Both the position numbers and the translations under genes were made by a program. A model generated the notes under the pieces. It ran no database searches, was not told the DNA's origin, and saw nothing but the letters and a program-made list of their open reading frames with translations. This document shows positions 1 to 9,887 of a stretch of DNA of 64,000 nucleotides, in pieces. The stretch's first letter is position 1. Each line of letters starts with the position of its first letter. Source of the stretch: Akkermansia muciniphila (GTDB taxonomy: Bacteria; Verrucomicrobiota; Kiritimatiellia; RFP12; JAAYNR01). The DNA lies in contig CAMBQN010000013.1 in NCBI GenBank assembly GCA_945870025.1, forward strand, positions 5,825 through 69,824, given 5' to 3'.

Positions 1-2208
1 CCGCTCGCACAACCGGCCGTGGCGCTGCGAGCCCTGGCGGCTCCGGTAATGAACGGCAAACTCGACGATGCCTGCTGGGATGGTCGCCAGCGTCTGGTGA
101 TCCTCCCCCAATCCAAGGTTCCAAATCCCGGCGACACGTACTCGGTTATGTTCCGGTATGACGACACGAATCTGTATGTGGCTGGGGAAGCGTACACCAG
201 GATGGGGCGGTGGCCACTGCTGGTCAAACTGAATAGCCGCGAACAGGTTGCCAACGATGTCGTCGTGTGCTGCCTTTGGAAGGGGTACCCGTTCGTGACC
301 AAGGGCATTCCGGAAAAATCCTGGGCCTGCGCTTCCACGACCAACGGCGCAGCGTCTTTCTCGGAGATCTCCATCCCATGGAGAGTTCTCGAGGCTGCAG
401 GGTTGTGGAAGGAGCAGTTGGTGGTGAATGTCAGCGTGGATGAGAGTCCTCTCACCACGGCCGGGTATACACCTCTCTATCTGGATGCCGCGCGCGGCCT
501 GATGACCGTGACGAATTCGCACACGGTCCGGCTGACCTTTGCCGAGATGGAGGGGAAGAAGCCCGGCGAACGCATGTTTGATGTGAGTCTGCAAGGCAAG
601 CCTGTGTTGACGAAATTTGACGTGGTCAAGGAAGCTGGCGGTCCGAAACGGGAGCTCACTAGGGATTTCAAAGGCGTTGATCTGTCCGGCTGGTTGACGA
701 TCGGGTTTGCACCCGCGGCGGGTGAGCCAATGCTCAGCGGTGTGGAGATCATCGGGGAGTACCCGCCCGATGCACATGCAGCCAACGCGCAGCCGATTGG
801 CAGGCTTGAAGCCAGCGTGCTGTCAGGGCCGGCGCCGCTGGCGGTGACCTTCAGCGCCCGGGGCTCGCAGGATCCGGACGGGCAGCTTGTCCAGTGCGCG
901 TGGGATACCGGTGACGGCCGACTGGCCAGAGGCTCTCTGCTTCGGCATGTTTATGCGGAGCCCGGCACCTACAAGGTGCATCTCCTGGTGCGTGACAATC
1001 GCGGCGGGATGGCGGCGACGCAAACCACGGTCACCGTCACGCCCGGCGTGCCGGCGGCGTTCGTGTGTTCCATCCGCGCCAAGGGGGGCGACTATCATAC
1101 GCTGTCGGCCTGGGAGGCGGCTATCCGCAGTGATCTTACGGCGTCCAACTCGCTGCTCTTTGCCGTGAAGAGCCGCGGAACGTATGCTGCCGCAGCCGAT
1201 GATGGCGCGGCCGTGAGTTTTACCGGCGGCGGAAAAGGTACGCTCCTGCACATCAATGGAGCGAACGTCGCCTACCTCACGGGGTGTACAGGCGTCATTC
1301 AGGCCGGACCGGTGAGCCTGGCGTCGGGTCACACTTTTGAGGTTGCGGATGGCGGTCATCCGCTCTACACCGCCGTGGCGGAATGCTACAACGACTGGCC
1401 GGGCGGCCTGGTGGACAGCATCAGTGCCCCCCCGACCAACGCGCCCCGGCGATGGGTTACGGATCCGCTCCGGTGTGTGACCATTCGAGCGGCGGCCGGG
1501 CAGGGCCATCGAGGGGCGCTCAAGGACGCGAAGGGCAGCTACACGGGGTTTGCCTTCACGGGCAGACTCGACGCCACCGGCATGTCAGGTGTAAGAGTTT
1601 TCAACCTGATCGTTGATCCGGGTAGCGCACTGCTCATGGGCAAGGGGTCCTCTCTCAGCAGGACTTTGGCCGGCGAGGTGACGCTGAACGGCTACAGTAT
1701 GGCGGCCAACGTTGTGGCCACGTCGCTGGCTTCGGCCGGCGCGCCGGGGTTTGTGAATTATCATCCCAGCTTCTACAGCATGTTAAGCGTGCATATGAAG
1801 CAGGGAAAGACGCCGAACGCCAACGTCAGTTTCTATAATTGTACGGCGGCCACGTTCGACTCGGCCGACCAATCGGAGACGGAGTTCATCAATTGCCTGG
1901 CCACGGTTGGAGGGAAGGGTTTTCACGACGACCGGTATTCGGACGGCGCTTATGCCAGCCATTGCGTATCGGCGGATGCTTCCGCAGTCCGGTGGGACAG
2001 CGGCGATGGCAGCGAAGGGAATGCGGTCAGCCAGATCGTTCATTTTGTGAACGCTGCGGCCGGCGACTATCACCTCCAGGCGACGGACAAGGGCGCCCGG
2101 GGGCGCGGTGCGGAGGGGCTGGGGTCAGACATTGACGGAGATGAACGCACCGGGCCGCAACATGATGTCGGGGCGGATGCCGCCGGCAGAGCCGTTTCCG
2201 GAAAGTGA
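1..2208 (+). CDS. Secreted multidomain carbohydrate-binding protein (CBM9-like N-terminus, malectin-like domain, PKD domain, beta-helix-type C-terminal region); 5' end probably lies outside the window
   Basis: The frame is open from nt 1 (no stop before the GTG at 19). 'NGKLDDACWDG...YDDTNLYVAGE' is CBM9-like. 'FDVSLQGKPVLTKFDVVKEAGG...' is malectin-like. 'LAVTFSARGSQDPDGQLVQCAWDTGDG...GTYKVHLLVRDNRGG' is a classic PKD repeat. The C-terminal 'DYHLQ...DIDGDERTGPQHDVGADA' is typical of parallel beta-helix proteins. Confidence 0.7.
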   Translation, partial: PLAQPAVALRALAAPVMNGKLDDACWDGRQRLVILPQSKVPNPGDTYSVMFRYDDTNLYVAGEAYTRMGRWPLLVKLNSREQVANDVVVCCLWKGYPFVTKGIPEKSWACASTTNGAASFSEISIPWRVLEAAGLWKEQLVVNVSVDESPLTTAGYTPLYLDAARGLMTVTNSHTVRLTFAEMEGKKPGERMFDVSLQGKPVLTKFDVVKEAGGPKRELTRDFKGVDLSGWLTIGFAPAAGEPMLSGVEIIGEYPPDAHAANAQPIGRLEASVLSGPAPLAVTFSARGSQDPDGQLVQCAWDTGDGRLARGSLLRHVYAEPGTYKVHLLVRDNRGGMAATQTTVTVTPGVPAAFVCSIRAKGGDYHTLSAWEAAIRSDLTASNSLLFAVKSRGTYAAAADDGAAVSFTGGGKGTLLHINGANVAYLTGCTGVIQAGPVSLASGHTFEVADGGHPLYTAVAECYNDWPGGLVDSISAPPTNAPRRWVTDPLRCVTIRAAAGQGHRGALKDAKGSYTGFAFTGRLDATGMSGVRVFNLIVDPGSALLMGKGSSLSRTLAGEVTLNGYSMAANVVATSLASAGAPGFVNYHPSFYSMLSVHMKQGKTPNANVSFYNCTAATFDSADQSETEFINCLATVGGKGFHDDRYSDGAYASHCVSADASAVRWDSGDGSEGNAVSQIVHFVNAAAGDYHLQATDKGARGRGAEGLGSDIDGDERTGPQHDVGADAAGRAVSGK

Positions 2209-2247
2209 ACAACGGTCTTGGGGTGAATCCATGGCGAAGGCGATGAA

Positions 2248-3342
2248 ATGAAGCGATGGTTTATGTTGCTGCTTGTTTGTCTGGCGAGCATGTCTTGCGC
2301 CTGCGACACGCCGGTTTACGAGTATGCTTTGACCCAGTGGCCGGCCGACGAATACGAATTCATAGCGTTCCATCGTGGCAATGCGGGCGCGAAGGCGGCG
2401 CTAGCCGAACTACGGGCGGCGACCGATGGAGCGGCCAACCTGGCTGTGCGTGAGTCGGATCTGGCGCAGGGCCGCCTGTATGAAGAGTTGCTCGTGGATC
2501 ATCCGGCGGCTTCCATGCCCTGGCTGATCGTACGCTATCCGGCACGGCCGGAACCCGCCGGGGATGGCGGCCGGCAGGCGGTTACGTCGCGTCGCGTCGC
2601 GTGGGCTGGCCCACTGGAAAAGAACACGGCGAGCGAGTGGTTGAAGTCGCCTGCGCGCCAGGAAATCGCGCGTCTGCTGCTGACGGGCCCGATGGCGGTA
2701 TGGCTTCTTCTGGAATGCGGCGATCGGGCCAGGGACGAGGCGGCGCACACTTTGCTGGCCAGGGAATTGGCCCGGCTGGAGCGTACGCTCAAACTGCCTG
2801 AGATCTCGGGCGTCACCTCCACCAACAAGATTTCGTTCGCGGTCGTGCGTCTGTCGCGCACCGATTCTCGTGAACGTGCGTTGAACGTCATGCTGGCGGG
2901 ACTGGGCCCGGAACCGGCGACGCGTACGGGCGAGCCGGTGGTGTATCCGATCTACGGACGGGGACGGGTGCTGCCGGCCCTGGCCGGTGCAGATATCAAT
3001 GAGACGATGATCGCGAAGGACGCGGAGTTTGTGACGGGATCCTGTTCCTGCGAAGTGAAGTCGGAGAACCCGGGAATGGAACTTCTGATTTCGGCGGATT
3101 GGGATGGTGCATTGACCGGGAGCGCGGGGATAGCGGACTTTGCGGAGCGGGGCGCAGTGGCCGAAACGCAGATGGACGCGACATCCACAGGCAGGCTGGC
3201 GAATGCAGTGGATAAGGAAGCCTCAGGCTGTAGTCGTTCGACTGTGGTGTGGATGCCGGTGCTGGCCGGGATACTTTTCGCTGCAGCGGCTGTATGGGGT
3301 GGTTTCACGGCAGCGCGTCGGAAGAGGGGGGATAGACGATGA
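2248..3342 (+). CDS. Hypothetical exported protein with signal peptide, Cys motifs and a C-terminal TM anchor
   Basis: N-terminal hydrophobic signal 'MKRWFMLLLVCLASMSCAC' is followed by 'DTPVYEYALTQWPADEY'. There is an internal 'GSCSCEV'. The C-terminus has the TM 'VVWMPVLAGILFAAAAVWGGF' plus an 'RRKRGDRR' tail. The stop overlaps the next start (ATGA at 3339-3342). I recognise no family. Confidence 0.6.
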   Translation: MKRWFMLLLVCLASMSCACDTPVYEYALTQWPADEYEFIAFHRGNAGAKAALAELRAATDGAANLAVRESDLAQGRLYEELLVDHPAASMPWLIVRYPARPEPAGDGGRQAVTSRRVAWAGPLEKNTASEWLKSPARQEIARLLLTGPMAVWLLLECGDRARDEAAHTLLARELARLERTLKLPEISGVTSTNKISFAVVRLSRTDSRERALNVMLAGLGPEPATRTGEPVVYPIYGRGRVLPALAGADINETMIAKDAEFVTGSCSCEVKSENPGMELLISADWDGALTGSAGIADFAERGAVAETQMDATSTGRLANAVDKEASGCSRSTVVWMPVLAGILFAAAAVWGGFTAARRKRGDRR

Positions 3343-4619
3343 CGCTTTGGAACATGATTGCCGGTGAGATCGGATACAGGAAGCTTTCCTTCGTGCTGGG
3401 TTGCCTGTCGGTGGCGATCGCCGTGGGCGCTGTGACGGGAAGTGGCGCGCTGCTGCGCGGGCATGACCGGAGGACTGAGCAACTGGTGGAGCAGAAGGAG
3501 GCCCGGACGCGGGCGGAGATGGGCCGGATGGAGGATGACTACCGGGTGATCATGAAGCGGATGGGTTACAACACCCTGATTCTGCATCGTGATCAGAATT
3601 TGGGCGAACTCCACGCGCAGGGGTATCCGACCGTGACGATGCCGGAAGCTTATGTCGAACGGCTGGCGGCGGGTGGCATCGAGACGCTGAACCATCTGCT
3701 GCCGGTTCTGCAGAAGCGCATTAAATGGCCGGAGACGGGCGAGATGATCCTGCTGACCGGAGTGCGCGGCCAGGTGCCGATTGCGGGCATGAAGGCGGAG
3801 CGTACACCCATTATGGCTCCGATTCCGAGCGGCCGGGTGGCGTTGGGGCGCGCCTTGGCGAAACGTGTGGACAAGACGGCCGGCGAGACCCTTACGCTGA
3901 TGGGCGAGTCGTTCGTGGTGGAACGGGTCGAGGCCGCGCGCGGCACGGCGGAAGATATGGCGCTCTGGGTAGACTTGGCGAAAGCGCAGCAGTGGCTGAA
4001 CGAGCCGGGTCGGATCAACGGCATCCTGGCGCTGGAGTGCGTCTGTCACGCGGATTCGCTGGGCCTGATTACGGCGGAGGTTACGAAGCGGCTACCGGAT
4101 ACGCAGGTGTTCGAGTTCACGTCCAAGGTGCGTGGTCGTGCCGAGGCCAGGCTGCGCGCGGCCGAGACGCGGCTCGCGGCCATCACGGGGGAGAAGGAGC
4201 AGCGGCAGCGCCTGCGGGGCGAACGGGAGCGGCTGGCTGCTGTGCTGACTCCTCTGGCTGTGGCGGGCTCGGCGCTCTGGATCGTGCTGCTGGCTTATGG
4301 CAACGCGCGCGTCCGGCGCAGTGAGATCGGTGTGTTGCGGGCCGTCGGGGTGCGACAACTACAGGTTATTACTTTGTTTCTAAGCAAGGCGGCGCTGATG
4401 GGGGCGGCAGGCAGTCTGGCCGGGATTGCGGCGGGAGTGGCGGCAGGTGCGTGGGCGGCTGGCATCTGTCCGGGCGACGGTGCGGCGTTGGAACTGGCTG
4501 GTGGCTGGCGGCTGGGCTGGCTCTTCCTTTTGGGATTGGCGTTGAGCTGCGGAGCGGTTCTTGGGCCAGCAATCATGGCTGCGCGGCGCGACCCCGCCGA
4601 GGTGATGGGTGAGGAATAA
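3339..4619 (+). CDS. ABC transporter permease, FtsX/MacB-type
   Basis: N-terminal TM, a large extracytoplasmic domain with a coiled-coil stretch, and three C-terminal TMs with an FtsX-like motif region ('IGVLRAVGVRQLQVITLFLSKAALMG'). It is followed directly by its ATPase. Confidence 0.8.
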   Translation: MTLWNMIAGEIGYRKLSFVLGCLSVAIAVGAVTGSGALLRGHDRRTEQLVEQKEARTRAEMGRMEDDYRVIMKRMGYNTLILHRDQNLGELHAQGYPTVTMPEAYVERLAAGGIETLNHLLPVLQKRIKWPETGEMILLTGVRGQVPIAGMKAERTPIMAPIPSGRVALGRALAKRVDKTAGETLTLMGESFVVERVEAARGTAEDMALWVDLAKAQQWLNEPGRINGILALECVCHADSLGLITAEVTKRLPDTQVFEFTSKVRGRAEARLRAAETRLAAITGEKEQRQRLRGERERLAAVLTPLAVAGSALWIVLLAYGNARVRRSEIGVLRAVGVRQLQVITLFLSKAALMGAAGSLAGIAAGVAAGAWAAGICPGDGAALELAGGWRLGWLFLLGLALSCGAVLGPAIMAARRDPAEVMGEE

Positions 4620-4623
4620 GGAT

Positions 4624-5280
4624 ATGCTGGAACTTTGCCAGGTGAACAAAACATATTTTGGGCGGCGCGGTCAGGTGGCCGCACTGAAGAATGTGTCTCT
4701 GCGTCTGGAGCCGGGAATGATGGCGGCGTTGCAGGGGCCGAGCGGATGCGGCAAGACGACGCTGTTGCTGACGGCTGGCTGTTTGCTGGCGCCGGATACG
4801 GGCGAAGTGCGTGCGGGCGATGAAAACCTGTATAGTCTTTCCGCCGGGTACCGCGCACGGTTCAGGGCCGGGGCGATAGGTTTTGTCTTTCAGCAGTTCC
4901 ATCTGGTACCATATTTGAGCGTGCTGGATAATGTTCAGATGCCGGCGCTGGCGGCGGGAGCAGAAGGGGCTCTGGTGCGCGCTGAAGAATTGGTGGAACG
5001 GTTTGGGCTTGGCGCACGGCGACACCACATGCCGGGCGAGTTGAGCACCGGCGAGCGTCAGCGCACGGCGCTGGCGCGGGCCATGATGAACCGGCCACGT
5101 CTGATACTGGCGGACGAACCCACTGGCAACCTTGATGCGATTAATGCAACGGCGGTGCTGGATGCGCTTGAGCAGTTCGCCAGGGAAGGCGGCTCGGTGC
5201 TCATGGCGAGTCATGACGACCGGGCGGCTGCACGCGGGCATCGTATCTGGCGCATGACCGCCGGGCAATTGATCGGATAG
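4624..5280 (+). CDS. ABC transporter ATP-binding protein (MacB/LolD-like)
   Basis: Walker A 'GPSGCGKTT', signature 'LSTGERQRTALARA', Walker B 'LILADEPTGNLD'. I prefer the ATG at 4624 (GAGG 7 nt upstream) over the GTG at 4609 given in the ORF track. Confidence 0.9.
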   Translation: MLELCQVNKTYFGRRGQVAALKNVSLRLEPGMMAALQGPSGCGKTTLLLTAGCLLAPDTGEVRAGDENLYSLSAGYRARFRAGAIGFVFQQFHLVPYLSVLDNVQMPALAAGAEGALVRAEELVERFGLGARRHHMPGELSTGERQRTALARAMMNRPRLILADEPTGNLDAINATAVLDALEQFAREGGSVLMASHDDRAAARGHRIWRMTAGQLIG

Positions 5281-5306
5281 AAACGACAACTGGAGAAAGA
5301 CAACGG

Positions 5307-6878
5307 ATGAATCTGCGAAACACACTGGCGATGATGCTCCTGTCGGTCGGATTGTGCGCCTGCGGGAGGAACCCGGTTGCGGAGCAGGCGCCGCTGCTGT
5401 GCTACGTCGGAGGGACCATGCGGCCGGCCGTTGAGGAACTGGCGCGGCGCTATGAGGCGGCCACGCAACAGAAGGTGTTGCTCGACTTCGGCGATTCCGG
5501 GCAACTGATGATCAAGATCGAACAGACCCGGCGCGGCGACATCTATGTCTGCCACGATCCGTTCCTGGCGGGTGCGATCCGGAAGGGGCTGGCCGTCGAG
5601 GGGCGGACCGTTTCCGCCCTGAATCCCGTCATCGTGGCGACCAGGGGAAACCCGAAGGGGATCACGCGATTCGCCGACCTCGCGCAGCCCGGCATCCGGC
5701 TGGTTCTGACCGACGCGCAGTACTCGACGATGGGGCATATTGTGGACCGCATGGCCGAGAAGGTTGGCATTCAGGGACCGTTGAATTCCAATGTCGTTTC
5801 CCGCACCCGCGGCGGCGGCGAAGCGGCCAATGCGGTGGTCATGCAGACGGCCGATGCCTCCGTGGTGTGGAATGCGGTGGCCTGGCTCCGCAAGGACAAG
5901 CTGGACGCGATTCCCATCGAACCGGCGATCCACCTTCAGCAGGGGGTGGATGCCGTGACCAGCGCCACCTACGGACGGATCAACATGGACTATGTTCAGG
6001 TGACGGCTGCCGTGCTCAAATCTTCATCAGCGCCGGACAAGGCCCGGAAGTTCATCGAGTTCATGGCGTCCGAGGAGGGGCAGAAGGTCTGGGCACAGCA
6101 TGGATTTTCGCCAATGATCCCCGGCCGGGAGTATCGTTCTGCCGAGGGCGTCCGTGTGAACGAAGCCGGTCGGAAGACGCTGCTGGTCCATTGCGGAGCG
6201 GGGTTGCGCAAAGTCATGGATCCGCTCGCCCGTCAATTTGAAGCCGCGCACGGCGCACAGGTGGATCTGAGTTATGACGGGTCGAATCGTCTGCTGGGCC
6301 AGATCAAGCTGACGCGGCGCGGCGACGTTTTTATTCCGGGCGATGCCGAGTATGTGGATATGGCCATTCAGGAGGGGTTGGCCCGGACAGGAACGACGAT
6401 TTGTTGTTTTGTGCCGGTCATCCTTGTCCAGAATGGGAATCCGCGCAATATCCAGTCGCCAGCCGATCTGTTGAAAGAGGGCGTCCGGTTGGGGTTGGGT
6501 GATGAGAAGGCGGCGGCCGTTGGGAAGCAGACCGTGAAAGTCTTTGCCCTGAATGGTCTTGAGCGTGGGGCGTGGGAGAAGAATGTGGTGTTGAGCACGC
6601 CCACGGTGAATGAACTGGGGGCAGCCATCAAGCTCAAGACCATTGACGCGGCGGTTGTCTGGAGTTCAACGGCTGCGGACTATGCGGATGTTTCGACCGT
6701 GGTGCCGTTCGAGGCGGCCCGGAACATCGTATCCGACGTGAAGGGCGCCGTCCTGTCGTTCGCGCAGGAGCCGGAAGTGGCGCAGGCGTTTCTCGATTTC
6801 CTGTCGTCCACCAATGTGGCGCCCGTGTTCGTCAAATACGGGTATGTCCTGCGTGGACCTGAGAAGGCGGTGCAGTGA
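5307..6878 (+). CDS. Lipoprotein with two tandem ModA-type (molybdate/tungstate family) periplasmic binding domains
   Basis: Lipoprotein-like signal 'LLSVGLCACG'. Two homologous halves are visible: 'YVGGTMRPAVEELARRYE...DFGDSGQLMIKIEQTRRGDIYVCHD' and 'VHCGAGLRKVMDPLARQFE...SYDGSNRLLGQIKLTRRGDVFIPGD'. Confidence 0.75.
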   Translation: MNLRNTLAMMLLSVGLCACGRNPVAEQAPLLCYVGGTMRPAVEELARRYEAATQQKVLLDFGDSGQLMIKIEQTRRGDIYVCHDPFLAGAIRKGLAVEGRTVSALNPVIVATRGNPKGITRFADLAQPGIRLVLTDAQYSTMGHIVDRMAEKVGIQGPLNSNVVSRTRGGGEAANAVVMQTADASVVWNAVAWLRKDKLDAIPIEPAIHLQQGVDAVTSATYGRINMDYVQVTAAVLKSSSAPDKARKFIEFMASEEGQKVWAQHGFSPMIPGREYRSAEGVRVNEAGRKTLLVHCGAGLRKVMDPLARQFEAAHGAQVDLSYDGSNRLLGQIKLTRRGDVFIPGDAEYVDMAIQEGLARTGTTICCFVPVILVQNGNPRNIQSPADLLKEGVRLGLGDEKAAAVGKQTVKVFALNGLERGAWEKNVVLSTPTVNELGAAIKLKTIDAAVVWSSTAADYADVSTVVPFEAARNIVSDVKGAVLSFAQEPEVAQAFLDFLSSTNVAPVFVKYGYVLRGPEKAVQ

Positions 6879-7726
6879 AGGCGCGGCATTCCATCCCGTA
6901 TTTTCGTATTGCCACGACGGCGGTGCTCGTTGCGTTGACGGGCGCTATTTTTCTCCTGCTGGTAGGGGATGTGGTCTATACGGACCGAAAGTCGTTCGCG
7001 GAGGTGCTGGGTTCGGCGGACTTCCAGTCCGCGCTGCTGCTGAGTCTGACGACGTCGGTCATCACGGCGATTCTCGCCGTGCTTGTCGCCGTGCCGGCGG
7101 CGTATGCGCTTAGCCGCTTTCCGTTTCGGGGAATTGTCATCCTGGATGTGTTCGTTGACTTCCTGATTGTGCTGCCGGTCCTGGTCATCGGCGTGAGCCT
7201 GCTGGTCTTCTTCCGGATGGGGGTGGACATGGCCGTCTCAAAGTACTGGCTTGTTCGGGTGCTCGGCGAGGGTGTGTCGGCGCTGGGCAATGCGGTCATC
7301 TATCAGAAGGCCGGCATTGTGGTCGCCCAGTTCTGCTGCGCGGTGTCCTTTGCCGTGCGGGTGATGAAGACGACTTTCAGCACGCTCAGTCCGCGCGCCG
7401 AGCAGGTGGCCATGACGCTGGGTTGTACGCAGGCGCAGGCCTTCTGGCGCGTGGCCTTGCCCATGGCGCGGCATGGTATTATGGCGGCCGCCGTCCTGAG
7501 CTGGTCACGGGCGTTTGAGATCTTTGGCGCTGTGGCCATTGTGGCGGGGGCTGTCCGCCGGAGAACCGAGGTGTTGCCCACCGCCATCTATCTTGAGTTC
7601 TCCATCGGCAGAATCGAAGCGGCGCTGGTCATATCGCTGGCCATGACCGCGGTGGCGTTTGTCATACTCCTGTGCCTGCGGCTCTTTTCCGGAGGCAACA
7701 TCTTCGGCGCTGGAGGGCGGACATGA
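6875..7726 (+). CDS. ABC transporter permease (ModB/CysT-type binding-protein-dependent inner membrane component)
   Basis: Multi-TM protein with an EAA-like loop region ('MTLGCTQAQAFWRVALPMARHGIMAA'). GTGA overlap with the upstream gene and ATGA overlap with the downstream gene. Confidence 0.85.
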   Translation: MKARHSIPYFRIATTAVLVALTGAIFLLLVGDVVYTDRKSFAEVLGSADFQSALLLSLTTSVITAILAVLVAVPAAYALSRFPFRGIVILDVFVDFLIVLPVLVIGVSLLVFFRMGVDMAVSKYWLVRVLGEGVSALGNAVIYQKAGIVVAQFCCAVSFAVRVMKTTFSTLSPRAEQVAMTLGCTQAQAFWRVALPMARHGIMAAAVLSWSRAFEIFGAVAIVAGAVRRRTEVLPTAIYLEFSIGRIEAALVISLAMTAVAFVILLCLRLFSGGNIFGAGGRT

Positions 7727-8772
7727 TACGGGCGCGGGAACTTGGCTACTCGATCGGCAGTTTTAGCCTGAATGTGTCCCTTTCCGTGGACACGGCTGAG
7801 TACTTTGTGCTGTTGGGCATGACGGGATCAGGCAAGACGCTGTTACTGGAGACGCTGTGCGGGTTGAGGCGCGCGGCTTCAGGTCAGGTTTGGCTGGGGC
7901 AGCGTGAGGTGACGGACGCGGAGCCGAGGGATCGGCATGTGGGGTATGTTCCCCAGGACGGCGCGCTGTTCGATCATCTGACGGTTGCTGGGAATATCGG
8001 GTTTGCCCTGCGCGTCAGGCGGGTGCCCGTCAAGGAACGGGAAGCGGAAGTTCAGCGCCTGGCGGCGTTGCTGGGCATAGGCCACCTGTTGCGGAGACGG
8101 ATCGAGGGGCTGTCCGGAGGTGAGCGCCAGCGAGTCGCCCTGGCGCGAGCCCTCGCTGCGCATTCGCCGGTTCTGCTTTTGGATGAGCCCGTGTGCGCGC
8201 TCGATGAGTATACGCGGGAGGTGGTTTGCCGGGAGATCAAGACGATCCAGATGAAACTGGGGCTGTCGGTGATCCACGTCTGCCATTCGTTCGAGGAGGC
8301 GCGGCTGGTGGCGGACCGCATCGGCATCCTGCGTGACGGCCGGTTGGAACAGACCGGTACACCGGCGGAATTGCTGGACCGCCCCGCCTCAACTCATGTG
8401 GCCCGCATTCTGCGGCTGGAGAACGTGTTTAAGGGCCGGGGCGTGCAGGAGGGCGGACGATCCCAGATCCGCTTGGAGAATGGCTTCACCATCCAGGCTG
8501 ATGCGCCGATGGGCGACGTCGAGTTTCTGGTGCGGTCGTGGGATATTCGCATTGTGGAGGCCGGTGCCGGCCGCGCGGCAAATGTGATCGAAGGAAGCGT
8601 GACGGATATTGAAACATGTGGCGCTCTCGTCAGGCTGAAGATCGAGGGTACGATGCCGCTGGTGGCCCATATTGCGCGCTGGGAAGCGGACCGGCTCTCC
8701 TTGCGGAAGGGAAGCGCGGCGCGATTATCATTCCCGGAAACGGCCGTCCATGCGTTTGGTGCGACCGCGTGA
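7723..8772 (+). CDS. ABC transporter ATP-binding protein with C-terminal TOBE-like domain (ModC-like)
   Basis: Walker A 'GMTGSGKT', signature 'LSGGERQRVALARA', Walker B 'LLLDEP', and a ~110-aa C-terminal beta-rich extension. Start is taken at ATG 7723 (ATGA overlap with the permease stop) rather than 7672. Confidence 0.85.
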   Translation: MIRARELGYSIGSFSLNVSLSVDTAEYFVLLGMTGSGKTLLLETLCGLRRAASGQVWLGQREVTDAEPRDRHVGYVPQDGALFDHLTVAGNIGFALRVRRVPVKEREAEVQRLAALLGIGHLLRRRIEGLSGGERQRVALARALAAHSPVLLLDEPVCALDEYTREVVCREIKTIQMKLGLSVIHVCHSFEEARLVADRIGILRDGRLEQTGTPAELLDRPASTHVARILRLENVFKGRGVQEGGRSQIRLENGFTIQADAPMGDVEFLVRSWDIRIVEAGAGRAANVIEGSVTDIETCGALVRLKIEGTMPLVAHIARWEADRLSLRKGSAARLSFPETAVHAFGATA

Positions 8773-9062
8773 AGCCAAAAAGATCCAGGGAAAAAGAAGC
8801 TGCTTGCTTTGCGGGATTACAAGGGACTGCGGATGAACGGTGTTGGGGTTCGATTCAAAAAAAACACCGCACCCGCATAGCGCAGGATGCTTTATGCCGC
8901 CATGGGCGACGGGTACGGCGGGGCCTGTATCCCTATCTTACAGGGGGGTGCGAAATCCGATGGCAGCCCTTCCGTGCTCAACCCTAGCGATTCCGGCGAG
9001 GCTAGGGAGCAAAAATATTTTCCATAAACCACTGTGCAGCAATTAGTTATGTAATATTTTGC

Positions 9063-9846
9063 TTGCTTTTGTCCGACGCTTCCTGTACCCTTCTTACATG
9101 GAAATACAAAACGATAAAAGTGTGCGTACACGCTTCTTTGCGCCGGTCGGATCTGGCGCTCACAGAGGTGAACGAAGGCAGGAGAAATTGCCCTTCTGTC
9201 AGTGACCGGGATCACATCATTTCGGGAATAGGCCGAGACCTTGGAACCGAGAAGAGTGGTCGAGGCTGGATCCAGTATGTACAGATGGCGTGGGGGGTCG
9301 CCCTCTCGGTTGATCGTTTTTTCGATTCGCTCCGAAGTCGGCGACGCCTCGACTGCGTCGCTGCCGTCGCCGCACATATCCGGTGGCAGACGGATCGGCA
9401 ATGCCAGGAGCTTGCACGGGACCCGTTTGCGGCCTATCCGGAACTGGACGGGTTTGCATTGTACGCATCCGATGGGCATTTATCAGGACCCCTGTAGTGG
9501 CACCGTTTATTCATTGCTGACCAGCGAATTCACACTGCCGCCCGGCCTGATTGCGCTGATCTACAAAATGCGCTGGGACATTGAGAAGGCATTCGACGAG
9601 AAGAAAAACAAACTGGGCGTCATCCAGACGTGGGCGACTACGCCAGAGGTGAAATGCCAGCAGGCGCATTTTGTCTGCATGACCCGGAATCTCATGCTCA
9701 TGCTCGAACGTGAAATCGAATCATCCGAAGGTGTGCGAGATGAGAAAGTGGATACGTACATGCGGTCGGCAACAAACAAAAATGATAACCAGCCGCCGAA
9801 CCAACGGCTGCTGCCTCGGCTAGCCGTGTGTAGTAGAAGCCGTTAA
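9063..9846 (+). pseudogene. Degraded IS4-family-type DDE transposase (frameshifted, internally deleted)
   Basis: Two frames carry the fragments. One is '...FFDSLRSRRRL...AAYPELDGFALYASDGH' (9063..9497). The other is 'LIALIYKMRWDIEKAFDEKKNKL' (9241..9846), containing the IS4 signature Y-x2-R-x3-E-x6-K. The region is locally AT-richer than its surroundings. Confidence 0.55.
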
Positions 9847-9887
9847 AAAATAGGCCGCCGAGGCAGAGCCGCCACGTTCGGGCAACC

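Noticed and set aside
8836-8872. A tRNA-like T-loop string 'GGGGTTCGATTC' suggesting a tRNA or tRNA-fragment att site downstream of the Mod-like operon.
   Set aside because: No complementary T-stem, acceptor stem or anticodon arm can be drawn. It sits in the loop of a simple 7-bp hairpin (cggtgtt/aacaccg). At most it is a decayed fragment, which cannot be supported.
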